A DNA stretch of 64,000 nucleotides, from positions 123-64,122 of the forward strand of contig USDN01000009.1 in assembly GCA_900553515.1 (NCBI GenBank). Reading direction: 5' to 3'. The DNA comes from an uncultured Blautia sp. Its GTDB lineage: Bacteria > Bacillota > Clostridia > Lachnospirales > Lachnospiraceae. The notes beneath the pieces are model-generated. The model saw nothing but the letters and a program-made list of their open reading frames with translations, searched no databases and was not told the origin of the DNA. Positions within the stretch are counted from its first letter, which is position 1. Every line of letters begins with the position of its first letter. Positions 37,297 through 46,621 of this stretch are shown piece after piece. The position numbers and the translations under genes are program-made.

Positions 37297-39129
37297 ATGA
37301 AGACCAAACGCGAAGATGTACGCAACGTTGCCATTATCGCCCATGTTGACCATGGCAAGACCACTCTGGTGGATCAGCTTCTGAAACAGAGCGGTGTTTT
37401 CCGTGAAAACCAGGAGGTACAGGAGCGTGTTATGGACTCCAACGATATCGAGCGCGAGCGTGGTATCACAATTTTGTCCAAAAACACAGCTGTCCATTAT
37501 AAGGACGTAAAGATCAATATCATTGATACTCCGGGACATGCTGATTTCGGGGGAGAAGTGGAACGTGTACTGAAAATGGTAGACGGTGTAATTCTTCTTG
37601 TCGATGCCTTTGAAGGTGCTATGCCGCAGACAAAATTCGTTTTGAAAAAAGCTCTTGAGCTGGATCTCCATGTAATCGTATGCATCAACAAGATCGACCG
37701 TCCGGAAGCCCGTCCTGATGAAGTCATCGACGAAGTTCTGGAACTTCTCATGGATCTGGAAGCTTCTGATGAGCAGCTTGACTGCCCGTTCCTGTACGCT
37801 TCCGCCAAAGCAGGCCATGCGGTCCTTGACCTTTCCGACACACCGGAAAACATGGAGCCTCTTTTTGAAACCATTCTGAAATATATTCCGGCTCCGGAAG
37901 GAGATCCGGATGCCGATACTCAGGTTCTTATCAGTACCATTGACTACAATGAATATGTAGGCCGTATCGGTGTAGGTAAAGTAGAAAACGGTAAGATCGC
38001 AGTAAATCAGGAACTGACACTTCTGAACCATCATGACCTTGATAAACGCCAGAAAGTAAAGATCAGCAAGCTTTATGAATTTGACGGCTTAAATAAAGTA
38101 GAAGTAAAGGAAGCTTCCATCGGTTCTATCGTAGCTGTTTCCGGTATTGCAGATATCCATATCGGTGATACCCTCTGCGGCGGAGATAACCCGGAATCCA
38201 TCCCATTCCAGAAAATCTCTGAGCCTACAATTTCCATGAACTTCCTTGTAAATGACAGTCCTCTGGCTGGTCAGGAGGGTAAATACATCACTTCCCGCCA
38301 CCTTCGCGACCGTCTTTATAAAGAGCTGAACACTGACGTCAGCCTTCGTGTGGAGGATACAGAAAGCACTGAATGCTTTAAAGTTTCCGGCCGTGGAGAG
38401 CTTCATCTTTCTGTCCTTATTGAAAATATGCGACGTGAAGGCTATGAGTTTGCAGTCAGCAAACCGGAAGTTCTTTATCATGTAGACGAACGGGGCAAAA
38501 AGCTGGAGCCTATGGAACTTGCCTATGTAGATGTTCCGGAGGAATTTTCCGGTACAGTGATTCAGAAGCTCAGCGAGAGAAAAGGCGAGCTTCAGGGAAT
38601 GAGTACCGCAAGCGACGGTTCTGTCCGTCTGGAATTCCACATTCCTTCCCGTGGACTGATCGGCTTCCGAAGCGATTTTATGACTTCCACCAAAGGAACC
38701 GGTATCCTGAATACAATTTTTGACGGATACGCTCCATACAAAGGAGATTTCCAGTACCGTAAACAGGGCTCCCTGATCGCCTTTGAAGCAGGCGAAGCCG
38801 TTACCTATGGACTTTTCTCCGCTCAGGAGCGCGGCGTCCTCTTTATCGGACCAGGGGCAAAGGTTTACAGTGGTATGGTCATCGGTCAGAACGGAAAGGC
38901 AGAGGATATCGAACTGAATGTCTGCAAAACCAAACACCTGACCAACACACGTTCCTCTTCCGCCGACGAGGCTCTGAAACTGACACCGCCCAAGGTATTA
39001 AGTCTTGAACAGGCCATTGAGTTTATCGATAATGACGAACTTCTGGAGATTACTCCCAGCAGTCTTCGTATCCGTAAGAGAATTCTTGACCCAAGAGAAA
39101 GAAAACGTGCAGGCTTTAAGAAAAACTAA
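37297..39129 (+). CDS. typA: Translational GTPase TypA/BipA
   Basis: AHVDHGKTT, ERGITI, DTPGH, GRGELHL, LTNTRSS. Confidence 0.98.
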   Translation: MKTKREDVRNVAIIAHVDHGKTTLVDQLLKQSGVFRENQEVQERVMDSNDIERERGITILSKNTAVHYKDVKINIIDTPGHADFGGEVERVLKMVDGVILLVDAFEGAMPQTKFVLKKALELDLHVIVCINKIDRPEARPDEVIDEVLELLMDLEASDEQLDCPFLYASAKAGHAVLDLSDTPENMEPLFETILKYIPAPEGDPDADTQVLISTIDYNEYVGRIGVGKVENGKIAVNQELTLLNHHDLDKRQKVKISKLYEFDGLNKVEVKEASIGSIVAVSGIADIHIGDTLCGGDNPESIPFQKISEPTISMNFLVNDSPLAGQEGKYITSRHLRDRLYKELNTDVSLRVEDTESTECFKVSGRGELHLSVLIENMRREGYEFAVSKPEVLYHVDERGKKLEPMELAYVDVPEEFSGTVIQKLSERKGELQGMSTASDGSVRLEFHIPSRGLIGFRSDFMTSTKGTGILNTIFDGYAPYKGDFQYRKQGSLIAFEAGEAVTYGLFSAQERGVLFIGPGAKVYSGMVIGQNGKAEDIELNVCKTKHLTNTRSSSADEALKLTPPKVLSLEQAIEFIDNDELLEITPSSLRIRKRILDPRERKRAGFKKN

Positions 39130-39172
39130 AAACACCTGAAACACTATCATAAATATTGTTTCTGAAATACAT

Positions 39173-39214
39173 CATCCCCCTGTATGACTCATATGAATCA
39201 TGCAGGGGGATGTA
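39173..39214. terminator. Terminator hairpin between typA and the adhE operon
   Basis: CATCCCCCTGTATGA...TCATGCAGGGGGATG. Confidence 0.8.
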
Positions 39215-39267
39215 TTATTTCTGTATAAAGAACATTCAGGGGATTTGTTTTATTGTATATTTTTTAT

Positions 39268-40026
39268 TTACTGGAAATCAATGATATCTGCCCAACGGAG
39301 AAGGAATTCCTCTTCTTCCTCCACACCTTTTGTCAGCTGTGCTGCTGCTGCAACAGGAAGCCATTTCTGTACATACTGTTTTGCAGTATCGCTCTTCCTG
39401 CAGAAAAGATTCAGGTACAGATCTGCCGCTTTCTGATCCTTAAGAGCAAACTCAAGATAAGTAATGGCTGCATCGCCGCTGGCATTTCCCTGTGTTGCAT
39501 GAGCCCAGTCTACAATCTTCATGGTTCCGTCCTCTGTTACGATCACATTGCTTGGATTAAAATCTCCGTGACAAAGCTTGGTATGATTTGGCATGGAATC
39601 CAGTCTTGTAAGAAGCTCATAGCGGACAGTCGCATCAAGCTTGTCCTTCATGCTCTCGATCTTACGGGCAAATTTGTCCTTCTGAAGTGTAAGACGGGGA
39701 GCTTTTTTCTCATGCATGGAGAGCTGAAGATCCACAAATTTTTCCATGTATTCTTCCATCTTGTCCGGATTCTCCTGCATCAGCTGTTCCAGAGTTCTGC
39801 CTTCCACATACTCGATCACAACCGCCCATTCTCCATCGATCTGTGTTACTTCCAGCACCTTCGGGATATCCAGTCCGCTTTCCTCTACGCGAGCCTGGCA
39901 GAGAGCTTCGTTAAAGACATTTGCCTTTCCGTGCTCTTTGGTAAATACCTTGATGATACGGTCTCCGTCTTTGTAGACTACCTTGTATGGACGTGTCAAA
40001 AATACTTTTTTGTCTTTCAGATTCAT
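39268..40026 (-). CDS. APH/choline kinase-like phosphotransferase
   Basis: CHGDFNPSN, IVDW. Confidence 0.82.
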   Translation of the reverse strand: MNLKDKKVFLTRPYKVVYKDGDRIIKVFTKEHGKANVFNEALCQARVEESGLDIPKVLEVTQIDGEWAVVIEYVEGRTLEQLMQENPDKMEEYMEKFVDLQLSMHEKKAPRLTLQKDKFARKIESMKDKLDATVRYELLTRLDSMPNHTKLCHGDFNPSNVIVTEDGTMKIVDWAHATQGNASGDAAITYLEFALKDQKAADLYLNLFCRKSDTAKQYVQKWLPVAAAAQLTKGVEEEEEFLLRWADIIDFQ

Positions 40027-40047
40027 GGTAAATACCCTCCCTTTTCT

Positions 40048-42666
40048 TTATTTGGACTCTTTTCCGTAGTAAGCCTTCAGATAAATTTCTTTCAGCTCAG
40101 ACATCAGCGGATATCTCGGATTCGCACCTGTACACTGGTCATTAAACGCCTGCTCTGTCATTTCGTCCAGAGTCTCCAGGAAATATTTTTCATCCACATT
40201 ATAGTCTTTGATAGTCGGCTTAATCTCGATGATCTTTTTCAGTTCCTCAAGCTTCTCAAGAAGCTTCTCAAATACTTCCTGATCGTCTTTTCCGGTAAGT
40301 CCTACAAAGCGTCCGATCTCTGCATAACGCGCCAGTGTATGCGGGTACTGATACTGCGGGAATGTACCCATCTTTGTTGGTACTTCAGCACTATTATAAC
40401 GCATAACATCTGTAAGAACCAGCGCATTTGCAATTCCGTGAGGAATATGATGGAAAGCGCCAAGCTTATGGGCAAGTGAGTGGTTCACACCCAGAAACGC
40501 ATTTGCAAAAGCCATACCTGCCATACAGGAAGCGTTTGCCATATGATCTCTTGCTTCTACGTCATTTCCGTCTCTGTAAGCTCTTGGCAGGTAATCAAAT
40601 ACCAGTTTGATCGCTTTCAGAGCAAGACTGTCTGTATAATCAGAAGCCATGACAGACACATAAGCTTCAATAGCATGAGTCATAACGTCAATACCGGAAG
40701 CACAGGTCAGTCCCTTTGGTGCGCTCATCATATTATCTGTATCTACAATCGCCATATTCGGCATAAGCTCGTAATCTGCCAGAGGCCATTTGATACCGGT
40801 ATCCTTGTCTGTGATAATGGCAAAAGGTGTTACCTCAGATCCTGTACCGGAGGATGTAGGAATTGCTACAAAATAAGCTTTTTTACCCATTTTCGGGAAG
40901 GTATAAATCCTCTTTCTGATATCCATGAAATCCATAGACATATCCTCAAAGTCTGCGTCCGGATTCTCATAAAGTACCCACATGATCTTTCCTGCATCCA
41001 TTGCGGAACCGCCGCCAAGAGCAATAATACAGTCCGGCTCAAAGGCACGCATTGCTGCTGCTCCGGCTTTTGCAGATGCAAGAGAAGGATCCGGTTCTAC
41101 ATCAGAGAAACAGGTATGAACGATTCCCATCTGATCCAGCTTGTCTTCGATTCTCTTTGTGTATCCGTTTTTATAGAGGAAAGAGTCTGTTACGATAAAG
41201 CAGCGTTTCTTGCCCATAACAGTTCCCAGTTCATCAAGTGCAACCGGCATACAGCCTTTTTTGAAGTAAACCTTTTCCGGTGTTCTCATCCAGAGCATGT
41301 TCTCTCTCCTCTCTGCAACAGTCTTAATATTGATCAGGTGCTTCACTCCTACGTTTTCGGAGACAGAGTTGCCGCCCCAGGAACCGCAGCCAAGTGTAAG
41401 AGAAGGAGCAAGCTTAAAGTTGTAAAGATCGCCGATTCCACCCTGAGAGGACGGAGTATTTACAAGGATACGGCAGGTCTTCATTGCTGCTGCATGTTTT
41501 GCCATTTTTTCTTTTTCATTTACATTGATATAAAGAGAAGATGTATGTCCATATCCGCCGTCAGCTACCAGCTGTTCAGCCTTTGCGATTGCTTCGTCAA
41601 ATGTTTTTGCCTTGTACATGGCAAGCACCGGAGAAAGTTTCTCATGAGCAAACTCTTCGCTGATATCTACAGATTCCACCTCTCCGATCAGGATTTTTGT
41701 CTCTGCCGGAACCTTTACACCTGCCATTTCTGCGATTGTGGCAGCCTTCTGACCTACAATTTTTGCATTCAGAGCGCCGTTGATAAGAATGGTCTTTCTC
41801 ACTTTGTCAAGCTCGTCTTTTTTCAGGAAGTAGCAGCCTCTGTAAAGGAATTCCTCTTTCACTGCCTGATACACGCTTTCAAGCACAGTCACAGACTGCT
41901 CAGAAGCACAGATCATACCATTGTCAAAAGTTTTGGAATGGATGATGGAGTTTACTGCCAGACGTACATCTGCTGTATCGTCAATGATAACCGGTGTATT
42001 TCCTGCGCCTACGCCAAGCGCCGGCTTTCCTGAGGAATAAGCTGCCTTTACCATTCCAGGACCGCCTGTTGCAAGGATGATGTCTGCCTCTTTCATAACC
42101 AGATTGGTAAGCTCAAGACTTGGCACGTCGATCCATCCGATGATCCCTTCCGGCGCTCCTGCTTTCACTGCTGCTTCCAGGACAGTCTTTGCCGCCTCAA
42201 TAGTAGAAGCCTTTGCACGGGGATGCGGACTGATGATGATTGCGTTTCTTGTTTTCAGAGCAATCAGAGTTTTAAAAATAGCAGTTGAAGTAGGGTTTGT
42301 AGTCGGAATAACTGCTGCGATCAGTCCGATCGGTTCTGCGATCTTTTTGATTCCATAAACCGGATCCTCTTCGATCACTCCGCAGGTTTTTGTGTCTTTA
42401 TATGCATTGTAGATATATTCCGCTGCATAATGGTTTTTGATGACCTTATCTTCTACAATACCCATACCTGTTTCTGCAACAGCCATTTTTGCCAGAGGAA
42501 TGCGGGCTTTGTCAGCAGCGGTAGCTGCAGCCTTAAAGATCCTGTCTACCTGCTCCTGTGTATAGGTGGCGAAAAGTTTCTGTGCTTCTTTCATCGCAGC
42601 CATCTTTGCTTCCAGCGCTTCTGCAGTATCGATCACAGCCGGGATGTGGGTTTCTGTCTTTGCCAT
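40048..42666 (-). CDS. adhE: Bifunctional acetaldehyde-CoA/alcohol dehydrogenase
   Basis: PTTNPTST, ATGGPGMV, FDNGMICASEQ, GCGSWGGN, GGGSAMD, HSLAH. Confidence 0.97.
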   Translation of the reverse strand: MAKTETHIPAVIDTAEALEAKMAAMKEAQKLFATYTQEQVDRIFKAAATAADKARIPLAKMAVAETGMGIVEDKVIKNHYAAEYIYNAYKDTKTCGVIEEDPVYGIKKIAEPIGLIAAVIPTTNPTSTAIFKTLIALKTRNAIIISPHPRAKASTIEAAKTVLEAAVKAGAPEGIIGWIDVPSLELTNLVMKEADIILATGGPGMVKAAYSSGKPALGVGAGNTPVIIDDTADVRLAVNSIIHSKTFDNGMICASEQSVTVLESVYQAVKEEFLYRGCYFLKKDELDKVRKTILINGALNAKIVGQKAATIAEMAGVKVPAETKILIGEVESVDISEEFAHEKLSPVLAMYKAKTFDEAIAKAEQLVADGGYGHTSSLYINVNEKEKMAKHAAAMKTCRILVNTPSSQGGIGDLYNFKLAPSLTLGCGSWGGNSVSENVGVKHLINIKTVAERRENMLWMRTPEKVYFKKGCMPVALDELGTVMGKKRCFIVTDSFLYKNGYTKRIEDKLDQMGIVHTCFSDVEPDPSLASAKAGAAAMRAFEPDCIIALGGGSAMDAGKIMWVLYENPDADFEDMSMDFMDIRKRIYTFPKMGKKAYFVAIPTSSGTGSEVTPFAIITDKDTGIKWPLADYELMPNMAIVDTDNMMSAPKGLTCASGIDVMTHAIEAYVSVMASDYTDSLALKAIKLVFDYLPRAYRDGNDVEARDHMANASCMAGMAFANAFLGVNHSLAHKLGAFHHIPHGIANALVLTDVMRYNSAEVPTKMGTFPQYQYPHTLARYAEIGRFVGLTGKDDQEVFEKLLEKLEELKKIIEIKPTIKDYNVDEKYFLETLDEMTEQAFNDQCTGANPRYPLMSELKEIYLKAYYGKESK

Positions 42667-42727
42667 GTGAAATCCTCCTTGTTATCCTTTTATTTTTTGC
42701 TTTTACCTGATAATGCGTCAAATAATT

Positions 42728-42801
42728 CTGTTAATCAATTAACGTTAATTATTTATCAAACTTGATACTGCTATTATATAAGTTTGTTAATCATTTGTCA
42801 A
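42728..42801 (-). promoter_or_regulatory. adhE consensus promoter with three Rex-like boxes
   Basis: TTGACA(42801)-17bp-TATAAT(42778); boxes at 42728-42745, 42742-42759, 42784-42801. Confidence 0.8.
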
Positions 42802-43015
42802 TCATGGTTTTTACACAAAAACATTCCTGTACCTATTCTTTTTTTATCAGTAATGTACAAAAAATATTCTGGAATATTTTCCCGCTCTCCCGCATATCTT
42901 AATTGATGTGGCCCCAGAATGCATAAAGGTTATGCATAATACAGACCTTTTCCATAAAGTTTAACCCAGGATTAACAGGAACTTTTTTTCTATTTATCAT
43001 AAGGAGCGTAAAATC

Positions 43016-43711
43016 ATGAACAGTTGCATTGCAGTAAAAAACGATCAGAGACCTGTTTATACACAGATAGAAGAAGAAAGACAAAGATTGAAGAAAAAAG
43101 AACAATTTAAGCGTCTGCTGAATGGAAGTGAATTTCAGATGAAAGGAAAATGCGCCATCAGCCTGATGCTGACAAAGCTTGATATCATAAATACAATACT
43201 TACAATGAAATATGGACGAAACGTAATCCAATCACAGATCGGACGTCTCAAAGAATTTGACAGCATTTGCAAAAAAATGCAGAAAAAAGGTCTGGAACTG
43301 AATTTTGATCTTGCACTGGAAAAAATAAATGACCTGATCGGAGTACGGGCTGTCTGCGCTTACATGGATGATATCTATCAGGTAGCGGAGCTCTTAGGCA
43401 GACAAAAAGATATCCGTATCATCAAAACCAAAGATTATATCAAAGAGCCCAAAAAATCCGGCTATCAGAGCCTGCATCTGATTCTGGAGGCTGCCATCCC
43501 CCAGCAGGATGATATCCAGTGGTTAAAAATCGAACTGCAGCTCCGAACTGCGGCTATGGATTACTGGGCAAATCTGGATCACCAGCTCCGATACAAAAGA
43601 GGAAAAAAAGACGCACAGCTGATGGATGAGGAGCTTCAGCAATGTGCCTCTGTGATCCGTTCTCTGGATCAGAAAATGCTGAAGATCCGCAAAAAGATTG
43701 ATAAAATTTAG
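43016..43711 (+). CDS. Small alarmone synthetase (RelP/RelQ-like)
   Basis: RLK...S...K, DLIGVR, SGYQSLH, ELQLRT...WANLDH. Confidence 0.88.
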   Translation: MNSCIAVKNDQRPVYTQIEEERQRLKKKEQFKRLLNGSEFQMKGKCAISLMLTKLDIINTILTMKYGRNVIQSQIGRLKEFDSICKKMQKKGLELNFDLALEKINDLIGVRAVCAYMDDIYQVAELLGRQKDIRIIKTKDYIKEPKKSGYQSLHLILEAAIPQQDDIQWLKIELQLRTAAMDYWANLDHQLRYKRGKKDAQLMDEELQQCASVIRSLDQKMLKIRKKIDKI

Positions 43712-43804
43712 ACAAAAAATAACGCAGCAAAGCGGATCAACTTCCTGCATCTTTGAAGGAATTGATCCGCTCTGTACACCCTCCGGATCCGGAAGATATT
43801 TTTT

Positions 43805-45001
43805 CTATTTTGTAGTAAGACCATACTCTGCCGCCAGCTTCCTGAATTCCGGAAGGGAATGGAGAATCGTCTCATAAGAAACACAGTAGGCAAGCCTTAC
43901 ATATCCCGGGCATGCAAAAGAACTTCCAGGAACCATAAGGATATTGTATTTCTTACCTGCCTCACAAAATTCTTTTTCATCTGGAATCGGAGATTTTACA
44001 AAAAGATAAAAAGCTCCCTGCGGTTTAATACACTGAAATCCGCATTCTGTCAGCCCGTTATAAAGGGCAAGTCGGTTTCGGTCATAGGCTGCCACATCTG
44101 CCTTAACATCTACGCAGCGGCCAATCACCTTCTGCATCAGAGACGGCGCATTCACACTTCCAAGGATACGGTTTGCAATTCCTGCTGCAGTGATCACTGT
44201 CTCACTGTCTTCCAGTTCATCCGGAATCACCAGATATCCAATTCTCTCTCCCGGAAGGGACAATGACTTACTGTAAGAATAGCCCACCACTGTATTCTTG
44301 TAATATTTTGTCAGATAGGGCACTTCCACACCATCATAGGCCAGTTCCCGGTAAGGCTCATCCGAAATCAGATAAATCACATTCCCGTATTCTCTCTGTT
44401 TTTCCTCCAGAATGGCAGCCAGTTCCCGGATCGTCTCCTCCGAATAAACAACCCCTGTTGGATTATGAGGTGTATTTACGATCACCGCTCTGGTATTTGC
44501 GTTAATCTTCTCTTTCAGTTCCTGAAGATTTGGTTGAAACGTCTCTGTATCCGGAGAAACTTCTACGAGCCTGCCGTCATAGTTTCTCACATATGCCCCA
44601 TATTCCAGAAAGTACGGGGCAAAAACGATTACCTCTTCATCTGGATTCAGGATTGTTTTCAGGATCACATTCAGTCCGCTTGCAGCTCCTACTGTCATAA
44701 TCAGATTTTTAGCAGAAAAAGCTGTTCCAAAGCGACGGTTCAAAGACTGGGCAATCGTCTCTCTTACATCCTCAAAACCGGCATTGTTCATATAACCATG
44801 GAGTACCGTGGGGTCCTCGCTGTTCACCAGGTCGATGATTGCTTCCCGCACACAGTCCGGCGCCGGAACACTGGGATTTCCCAGACTGAAATCAAAAACC
44901 CTGTCTGCCCCGTATTTTTTTTTCAGACGGTTTCCCTCCTCAAACATCGTACGGATGGCAGAGTTATTCTGTACAAAAGGAATCATTTTTTCTGCTATCA
45001 T
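43805..45001 (-). CDS. Class I PLP-dependent aminotransferase
   Basis: NTPHNPTG, SDEPY, SYSKSLSLPGERIG. Confidence 0.92.
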   Translation of the reverse strand: MIAEKMIPFVQNNSAIRTMFEEGNRLKKKYGADRVFDFSLGNPSVPAPDCVREAIIDLVNSEDPTVLHGYMNNAGFEDVRETIAQSLNRRFGTAFSAKNLIMTVGAASGLNVILKTILNPDEEVIVFAPYFLEYGAYVRNYDGRLVEVSPDTETFQPNLQELKEKINANTRAVIVNTPHNPTGVVYSEETIRELAAILEEKQREYGNVIYLISDEPYRELAYDGVEVPYLTKYYKNTVVGYSYSKSLSLPGERIGYLVIPDELEDSETVITAAGIANRILGSVNAPSLMQKVIGRCVDVKADVAAYDRNRLALYNGLTECGFQCIKPQGAFYLFVKSPIPDEKEFCEAGKKYNILMVPGSSFACPGYVRLAYCVSYETILHSLPEFRKLAAEYGLTTK

Positions 45002-45006
45002 TTCTG

Positions 45007-46485
45007 TCAGCTCCTGTCTTTTTTGTTCTTACTGTGTCCAAATGCAATCCAGCCTACCAGCACAAGCATCGCAATTCCTACGATCATCCAGGGAACAAAG
45101 TATGCCATTCCCTTCGGTTTAAACATATCATAATAACCCTTCAGGTAAATAATAGAAACTACTACCGGAAGCACGATCATCATGTACATCTGGATTCCTG
45201 ACGGGAATTTCACGCCTTTTCCTGTGTTGGCTTCCTTCAGGAAGTTTTTCCATCCCCATCCTCTCTTTGAAGCGCAGAAAAGTACAAACAGCACGGATCC
45301 AAGAGGAAGAATATTATTGGATACAATAAAATCTTCCAGATCCATGATGTTGGTGCCTTCTCCCAGAATCTGGATTCCGGACCATGGGCCAAATCCCAGC
45401 ACTGCCGGCATAGACAGAATGATCACAAGCACAATATTGACCATGACTGCTTTTTTGCGTGTCCAGCCCCAAAGGTCGATCGCAAAGGACAGAATGTTTT
45501 CAAATACAGCAATTACTGTGGAAAGAGCTGCAAAGGACATAAACAGGAAGAACAGAGTACCCCAGATTCTTCCGCCTATCATCTGATTAAATACATTGGG
45601 AAGTGTGATAAATACCAGCCCCGGACCGGCGCCCGGTTCCACACCAAAGGCAAAACATGCCGGAATGATAATCATACCTGCCATAAGCGCTACAAAAGTA
45701 TCCAGACAAAGGATATTCAGACTTTCTCCGGCAAGAGTCAGATCTTTTTTCATGTAGCTTCCGAAGATCTCCATAGCTCCAATACCGATACTTAATGTAA
45801 AAAATGCCTGCGACATAGCACCAAAAATAACATTTCCGATACCTGCCTTTTTCATATTTTCAAAATTCGGGATCAGATAGAATTTGATTCCCTCCATAGC
45901 CCCGTCCAGCGTTGCGGAATGCACAGCCAGCACTACGATCAGTACCAGAAGACAGAGCATCATAACCTTGGTAATCCTTTCCACGCCATTCCGAAGCCCC
46001 AGAGAACAGATTCCAAAGGAAAGAAGAACTGCCAGGATCATCCAGAAGGTCATCGTACCTGTAGATTTCTGGAAATTCCCAAAGAACTCTGTTACCTGCT
46101 CTGTACCTGCTCCTGCAAGCTTTCCTGTCGCCATAACATAGCAATAATACATTGTCCAGCCTGCAACCATGGTATAGAACATCATCAGCATATAGTTACC
46201 AATCATTCCCATATAGCTGTATTTATGGAAATTGGATCCTTCCGGTTCCAGTTCGTGGAACGCTTTTGCCGTACTTTTTCTGCTGGCGCGTCCTACAGCA
46301 AACTCGCTGACAAGGATCGGCAGACCCAGCACTACAAGAAATACCAGATAGATCAGCACAAATGCTGCTCCTCCGTACTTTCCTGTCATGTATGGAAATT
46401 TCCATACGTTTCCAAGACCAATAGCACCCCCTGCCGATACCAGGATAAAACCAAGTCTCGAACCAAAAGTTTCTCTTTCTTTCAC
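45007..46485 (-). CDS. NSS/SNF-family sodium-dependent transporter
   Basis: AIGLGNVWKFPY, QAFFTLSIG, GPGLVF, AALST; GTG start. Confidence 0.92.
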   Translation of the reverse strand: MKERETFGSRLGFILVSAGGAIGLGNVWKFPYMTGKYGGAAFVLIYLVFLVVLGLPILVSEFAVGRASRKSTAKAFHELEPEGSNFHKYSYMGMIGNYMLMMFYTMVAGWTMYYCYVMATGKLAGAGTEQVTEFFGNFQKSTGTMTFWMILAVLLSFGICSLGLRNGVERITKVMMLCLLVLIVVLAVHSATLDGAMEGIKFYLIPNFENMKKAGIGNVIFGAMSQAFFTLSIGIGAMEIFGSYMKKDLTLAGESLNILCLDTFVALMAGMIIIPACFAFGVEPGAGPGLVFITLPNVFNQMIGGRIWGTLFFLFMSFAALSTVIAVFENILSFAIDLWGWTRKKAVMVNIVLVIILSMPAVLGFGPWSGIQILGEGTNIMDLEDFIVSNNILPLGSVLFVLFCASKRGWGWKNFLKEANTGKGVKFPSGIQMYMMIVLPVVVSIIYLKGYYDMFKPKGMAYFVPWMIVGIAMLVLVGWIAFGHSKNKKDRS

Positions 46486-46621
46486 TGATTTCTCCTCCTA
46501 AAAAATAATCGAAATCATTATATCACATTAAAGTGATATTGTGAACAAGAGATTTTGGAGGGAGGGATGCCAGAACAACTCTTCAATTACAATGGGATAA
46601 TTGCAATAATTATTTATTTTT

